A stretch of 64,000 nt of DNA from Promethearchaeota archaeon (lineage in GTDB: Archaea > Asgardarchaeota > Lokiarchaeia > Sigyniarchaeales > SOKP01): NCBI GenBank assembly GCA_048940925.1, contig JBHLOC010000004.1:32001-96000 (forward strand), read 5' to 3'. Each line of letters begins with the position of its first letter. The first letter of the stretch is position 1. The translations under genes were made by a program, and so were the position numbers. Under the pieces are notes generated by a model, which saw only the letters and a list, made by a program, of their open reading frames with translations, was not told the origin of the DNA and made no database searches. Below are positions 59,801 through 64,000 of this stretch, one piece after another.

Positions 59801-61034
59801 CAATAACATAATACAAACCAACTTCATGAAAAAAAAAATCTATTGGCTCTTCAACAATAGGGGAAAGATTGATTTGTTCTCCTGTAAATTCCCATGAAGA
59901 AGAATATTTATATGCGTCCCAATGATTACTTTGGTAATCATATCCAAGTATCCAACGATATCCATATGTATCCTCCGCATCCCAAGTAAAATCAATTGCT
60001 AAATCAAATAAAGGGTAAAACTCAGATGAAGTTCCTGTATAAACCCAATTAAAATCATACTTATAGACCATAATATTACCAATTCCAGCCATCCACCAAT
60101 TAATCCCATCCCAAAAGATGGTTTGTGCGTAATCATCTTGCGAAGTGAGATCATGAGATATTCCAGTATATGCCCAATTAACATCGAACATATATACATA
60201 TGATGTAGCCTCATCAAGTACCCACCAATAATATCCGTCCCAAAAAATATCTTTTGGGAGTAAACCTATACTTTCAAAGTCAGTAATAAAATCTCCAATA
60301 TAATACCAAGAAGAATCATAAAGATGAGCCCTAAGCTTTTCAGCACCAACCATCCACCAATTAGTTCCATCCCAAAATATACTTGTAGGATAATAATCCT
60401 CAGAACCAACATCATAAGAAATTCCCGTATAACTCCACGAAGCATCATACTTATAAACAATATGATTATTTCCTACCATCCACCAATTAGTTCCGTCCCA
60501 CACTATGCTTCTTGGATATGCATCCTGAGAACTAAGATTGTAACAAATTCCAGTATTAAGCCAAGAAGAAGTATACTTTTGTACTATACAATAGTAACTA
60601 TTCATCACCCACCAGTTAATTCCATCCCAATAAATATCAAAGGGGTAGGTCCAATGAGAGTCTATAAACCAAGATTCTCCTGAATAAGTCCATTCCGATT
60701 CATTAGTCACTCTACACTGGTAAAGTGATCCGTACCACTCATAAGGATCTGCTGAACGTGTATAGGCATCGTCGCTTGGAACATAAGATAAGGTCATTGT
60801 TCTCTTTGGTACACCATAAAGATCCCAAAAATTCGACGTATCGTTAAAATCTTCTTGATATATAAGACTTTTTGAACTCTCACTTAATTTAGATATATCA
60901 TTATTAAGATTTGTAGACGATTCGTTATTGTTATTATCAATGTAAGGGTGTAAATTAATATAGATTGTTGAAGATAAAGTTAAAACAAATGTTATAACTA
61001 TTAAAACAGCAATATCTTTTATTTTGGATTTCAT
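56898..61034 (-). CDS. Large cell-surface protein: Trp-rich propeller-like repeats, LamG/ConA-like domain, Ig-like repeats, IPGY-TM anchor
   Basis: Signal/TM N-terminus; about 10 ~43-aa repeats (P.SIFWDG.NWWM.G...VYKY.SSW.YTG.S); QWYHL...LWLDG; repeated WYTLDNG; C-terminal GIPGYN + TM + KRYKNLK. Confidence 0.88.
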   Translation of the reverse strand: MKSKIKDIAVLIVITFVLTLSSTIYINLHPYIDNNNNESSTNLNNDISKLSESSKSLIYQEDFNDTSNFWDLYGVPKRTMTLSYVPSDDAYTRSADPYEWYGSLYQCRVTNESEWTYSGESWFIDSHWTYPFDIYWDGINWWVMNSYYCIVQKYTSSWLNTGICYNLSSQDAYPRSIVWDGTNWWMVGNNHIVYKYDASWSYTGISYDVGSEDYYPTSIFWDGTNWWMVGAEKLRAHLYDSSWYYIGDFITDFESIGLLPKDIFWDGYYWWVLDEATSYVYMFDVNWAYTGISHDLTSQDDYAQTIFWDGINWWMAGIGNIMVYKYDFNWVYTGTSSEFYPLFDLAIDFTWDAEDTYGYRWILGYDYQSNHWDAYKYSSSWEFTGEQINLSPIVEEPIDFFFHEVGLYYVIGYNNSPTPAITRFSSDWEVYDISFEIYEDGNPESICWDGTHWWMLGSENKRVYQYTDYYDHWMYTGVSYYIGVQNFNPRDIFWDGFDWWMLGGNGIVYKYTSSWDYTGISFSLSSQDANPMSIFWDDWYSNWWMLGEEQGKVYSYLEPKGEEYSFIKKEFPYLYANYTQNSNLRCYVNDGIFPSIVDSYTTTNFNEAFITWDYQPSEVDSLASSVVIGTDWTTINLSRPFYYYLLKTHSNSIEFSSSEASSNQPTINHFLSKHYQGGGILYCQTNESEVLTLRSPNSYNFDLKTGDSIEIIFNTTSSNEIDFNLRYAGIEQKCFKISEIGNMDFTTRTVGLKLDEDMTIDQFEFSGLFDETKNLIIDEIKIYTPSIYIVTPENKTYTGPMNGYYPATYGFENDISGSFPTGWSVLETGGTAKIISELDGHNKIIELHDTSDSLKMEITQTFVDKDTGTIEYYIRKADNTTRTKCFIYDTDLTINDAVYLYFDSTGWIRYYNNSGWQNIMTYKSNQWYHLMIEWNCTAGKWYLWLDGIYISGKGYGLYGNPIAMDTIYFGTTDGESNSYSYIDAIGYSWDPRYNIGDNLIEGLLLNFKNLTALDWMGYSLDGQANKTILGNVTIPLPQDGIHSLQVFGNDSIGNIHDSIITYFTVDINPPKISINLPYDNALFSNAPPNFDLSIEGLYINTTWYTLDNGITNITFKELAGPINQTEWSKRTDGPVTIEFYANNTYGKENSSEVIVNKDTSIPIITIISPEISEFFGSVPPTFNLSITELNLNKTWYTLDNGITNITFNGLTGKINQEEWDGKVDGPVTIRFYANDSLGFKGYAERNIFKDTTKPISLISFIPHSETINVNKSTLFTIEADDGFGSGISLIRYKINDSAWIDYSDPFDLSSYEPAYYLITYYSIDLVGNIEAENTILVKLVGQPSKGAPEGIPGYNFYILISVFVVSIILFMKRYKNLK

Positions 61035-61149
61035 TTAATTTTCGCTTAAAAAATTTATTGGATTAATATTCAAAGTATTCTTAATTATTTAACATCTTTG
61101 TGTAAAATCCATCTTTATTTTCAATACTCTCAATCTTAACAATAAAGCT

Positions 61150-61659
61150 TTAATGTTTAATTATTCCAGGAGAACTGTATTTACCTTTTATGAAAAGATT
61201 AAAATGCTTAAGGATATTATCGAAATGAACTCTTGAATCAAAAAGGAAGATTTTTTTTGTTTCTCCGTTCGTAAATTTCAGATTGAACCTCCCGTAATGA
61301 TATCCATCAGGATCAGGAAGTTCATCGATATCTAACTCGGCTTTTTCTACTGTATTTAAATCCCATACGTTTGGGATCCTATTTATTAATCCAAGAAGTC
61401 TCACTTTATGTGTAATTTTTCCACCTTGTCGATCAATGTATAACGCCTTCTTATGAAATGTTGCTATTAATCCAAGTAGAATTGTTATAATTCCAAAAAT
61501 AAAGACTATAATTTCTCCTCCCCATTTCATAACAATAACTACAAATCCCAAGACTTCGAGAAAAATTCCAAAAAGTATAGTGAAGATACCAACATATTTA
61601 GCAGCTGGTTTTTTTAAATCAAGGATTGCTAGATTTTCATTTAGAATTTGTAATCTCAT
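61150..61659 (-). CDS. Two-TM membrane protein with PH-like soluble domain
   Basis: Two TMs followed by a beta-rich domain. Confidence 0.7.
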   Translation of the reverse strand: MRLQILNENLAILDLKKPAAKYVGIFTILFGIFLEVLGFVVIVMKWGGEIIVFIFGIITILLGLIATFHKKALYIDRQGGKITHKVRLLGLINRIPNVWDLNTVEKAELDIDELPDPDGYHYGRFNLKFTNGETKKIFLFDSRVHFDNILKHFNLFIKGKYSSPGIIKH

Positions 61660-62101
61660 TATTTTTCACCCAAAATTTTTTAGATTAAGTACAAAATTGA
61701 CAAATAACTATTTAACAGTTTTGTGTAATATCCTTCTTTATTTTCAATAGTATCAATCTTTACACCTACAAAAATAATGCAATCTTGAAAATTTCTACAT
61801 CCTCTGTTATTTTATTACCTTGCATGTGTCAAGTAAAAATAGAAAAAGAATTAAATAAGTTCTACACTATTAAAAGGTCTAATTACTCGCCTGAATAAAG
61901 AGAGTTTTTAAAGAAATTGTGCATCAAACATGTTTATGATATAATTAATGAATCTCTTATTAAAGAAATTGAAAATATGTCGACTTATGATGATAATTAT
62001 ACAGGATTAAGACAAATAAGGAATATCCAATTAACTTTTTATTGGGAAAAAAATAGTAGAGGGTTTAAAACAGAGATGCAAATAAATAAATAAATTAAGT
62101 T

Positions 62102-62264
62102 TGGCAAGGGTGGGATTTGAACCCACGATACCCAGATAACTGAGGTCGGTTTGAATGAAACCTTACACTTCAGTCTGGTGCGTTCGGGGGCATTAATCCG
62201 TAATTAATCCCTTCCCGGGTTTCGCGGACCTTCATAAAGCGAAGAACCACTACGCCACCTTGCC
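62102..62264 (-). tRNA. tRNA-Phe(GAA) with canonical 37/38 intron (62138-62167) and ~60-nt D-arm insertion (about 62185-62244)
   Basis: GGCAAGG/CCTTGCC acceptor; CCAGA-CT-GAA-G[30 nt]A-TCTGG with BHB helix CTGA/TCAG; GTGGG-TTCAAAT-CCCAC; removing both inserts gives a 73-nt tRNA. Confidence 0.88.
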
Positions 62265-62322
62265 TATGATGTTTTATCTTAATTCATAATTAAAAATTAA
62301 ATTTAATGCCGAATAAGATAGA

Positions 62323-62359
62323 AATTAAAGTATAGAATCTCATAAAAATATTTTTAGTC
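62323..62359. repeat. 37-bp direct repeat, copy 1
   Basis: AATTAAAGTATAGAATCTCATAAAAATATTTTTAGTC; 34/37 identical to 63086-63122. Confidence 0.85.
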
Positions 62360-62360
62360 G

Positions 62361-63041
62361 TTAAATCAGATCCATTATCTCCATGAAAGATTCAATTTTT
62401 CGACCATTCCAATTTACTTCAACTAGATGATAGGGATCCATCTCATTTGGATCACGGATCATAACAGCATCCATACCTAACTGAGAAGCTCCCGCGAGTT
62501 CATTACTATCACCATCTCCAATATAGAGGCATTCGTTTGGTTTGACTCCCAAATGTTCACATGCTAAATTGTATATTTGAGCGTCGGGTTTTTTCAAACC
62601 TACTGAAGCGGAGAATATAGTAGCATCAAAGAGATGAGAGAAGTCTGTATTTTTCCATAAGAGAGGTACCTCGGCAGAGCAATTAGTTATTAATCCAATC
62701 TTATATCCTAATCCTCTTAGAGCTTTTAAAATATCTACAGCTCCATTTTTGGGAGTTAAAGCTTTGCGAGTGTTTTCCAGTCTGATTTGTTCACATTTCC
62801 TAATGTTTTCATCACTTACAGAAACTTTAAGTATATTACAAATATACCTTATACTTTGTTCGGTGGTTTTAAAAATCCCAATTGCGCGCTTATAAGTTGT
62901 ATCACGCCAAAATTTTGAAAAATCCTCATTAGGTAAATCGAGAGCTAAAGCCATATCTGTTAATAATCTGTTATATCCTTGAACTGAATAATTATCGACA
63001 AGAGTACCGAATAGATCGAAAATAATAGCCTTATATTTCAT
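62361..63041 (-). CDS. HAD-superfamily hydrolase
   Basis: IIFDLFGTLV; GLITN; KKPD; YIGDGDSNELAGA. Confidence 0.93.
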   Translation of the reverse strand: MKYKAIIFDLFGTLVDNYSVQGYNRLLTDMALALDLPNEDFSKFWRDTTYKRAIGIFKTTEQSIRYICNILKVSVSDENIRKCEQIRLENTRKALTPKNGAVDILKALRGLGYKIGLITNCSAEVPLLWKNTDFSHLFDATIFSASVGLKKPDAQIYNLACEHLGVKPNECLYIGDGDSNELAGASQLGMDAVMIRDPNEMDPYHLVEVNWNGRKIESFMEIMDLI

Positions 63042-63085
63042 AGGATTCTACTAGTATGTCTGTCATTTTAGTTAATCGAATTTTG

Positions 63086-63122
63086 AATTAAAGTATAGAA
63101 TTTCATAAAAATCTTATTAGTC
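63086..63122. repeat. 37-bp direct repeat, copy 2
   Basis: AATTAAAGTATAGAATTTCATAAAAATCTTATTAGTC. Confidence 0.85.
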
Positions 63123-63205
63123 TGACTACATTAACTATGCGATATAAAAGATATTAGGAAAAAAAGTAATTAAAAATGAAAAATTTGTAATAGAAATTAT
63201 ATAAT

Positions 63206-64000
63206 TTAACTAGCTCGTTTTCTTTTACGCAATAGGAAAATTGCTGTTGTCGCTACTGCTATTCCAGCTATAGTTGACGTGATTGCTATGATGATTAGTA
63301 CGAGAGGAACTTTATCAGCAGGTTTCCCATCATTATCCGGTGGTGTTGGAGTTCGATTGTCTACCTTCGCCGTTAGAAACCAATTTGCTCCGTTGCCTGC
63401 ATCGAACACAATGACGTCTCTATAGCCGTTGATTGCTGGTGCCGAGGAATCAACTAGTTTTTCAGTACTTCCGTTAAAAGCTCTAATGTCGGACCAGTTA
63501 GTAGGAATCTTGAATATCATCGAATTATAATCGTCAATTCTTGCATCATAACAAGTAATATTTTCGTTAATAGAGGCGTTCCATATAAATAAGTCTTTTT
63601 CTAGAATGGTATAGGTCGAATCTGCCTTTAAACCCGTTTTAGTATAATTGATTTGAACCTTAGTGATATTACAGGAAAGGTTCCACCAATCATAATCGGC
63701 AGAAATTATGAATTCTAATTCACCCTTACTATTCGTATACTCTTGATTTGAAGTCATCCAATATCCAGAGTTGTTCACATTGTCGCTTACAGCAGTGTTG
63801 TTTATTTTAAGCCCTATATCTGAAGGTTTAGGAGTAAGTTTTAAAGGAGAAAAATCACATTTGAGGGTTAAATCAACGGTATCCGGAGGTACACCAGATG
63901 TTATTAAAACCCAATCCTCCGGACCAGGATCCTCTTTCCAGCAATCAAGATCATCACTATTATCTCCAGCACCAATATAATCTGAATCAAAATACCAATA
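63206..64000 (-). CDS. Cell-surface protein, C-terminal part (5' end beyond the window)
   Basis: Frame stays open from the tracked start at 63778 to the window edge; Pro-rich linker, C-terminal TM and RKRKR tail. Confidence 0.8.
   Translation of the reverse strand, partial: YWYFDSDYIGAGDNSDDLDCWKEDPGPEDWVLITSGVPPDTVDLTLKCDFSPLKLTPKPSDIGLKINNTAVSDNVNNSGYWMTSNQEYTNSKGELEFIISADYDWWNLSCNITKVQINYTKTGLKADSTYTILEKDLFIWNASINENITCYDARIDDYNSMIFKIPTNWSDIRAFNGSTEKLVDSSAPAINGYRDVIVFDAGNGANWFLTAKVDNRTPTPPDNDGKPADKVPLVLIIIAITSTIAGIAVATTAIFLLRKRKRAS

Noticed and set aside
59360-60700. Recurring CATCCACCAAT...CCATCCCA DNA repeats as a CRISPR array or DGR template
   Set aside because: They are in-frame codons for WDG..WWM protein repeats with synonymous variation, and no reverse transcriptase is nearby.
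61820-62095. Interrupted plus-strand ORF next to the tRNA-Phe 3' end, suggesting an integrated-element remnant
   Set aside because: Internal TAA, no recognisable family, and no att duplication or integrase seen.

Overview
AT-rich archaeal chromosomal window, most likely from an Asgard archaeon (Lokiarchaeia). Support: a eukaryote-like actin, a profilin-like domain, longin and roadblock genes, a Ras/MglA-like GTPase, an Smc5/6-like SMC-kleisin-kite operon, an IPGY-type C-terminal surface-protein anchor, and tRNAs with bulge-helix-bulge (BHB) introns. The main find is in an arsenic-resistance locus (arsR <> acr3 - ArsD/thioredoxin-like CxC protein - beta-grasp protein). Its last gene appears to stop at TGA, but the frame reads TGA-TGA, stays open for 39 more codons, and is followed directly by a eukaryote/Loki-type SECIS hairpin (AUGA, 9-bp stem, AAAAA loop, GA). 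This is a candidate selenoprotein with vicinal Sec-Sec in an arsenite operon. Other notable items: a profilin-TrmB fusion next to actin; a degenerate AAA+ gene heading the SMC operon; a Thermotoga-type inositol pathway (iolG/M/N/O); three tRNAs with non-canonical introns; a HAD gene bracketed by 37-bp direct repeats upstream of tRNA-Phe; several operator-like repeats; and a Nudix/AbrB deletion-junction pseudogene. No CRISPR array, rRNA or transposase was seen. All family calls come from motif recognition by eye, not from database searches.
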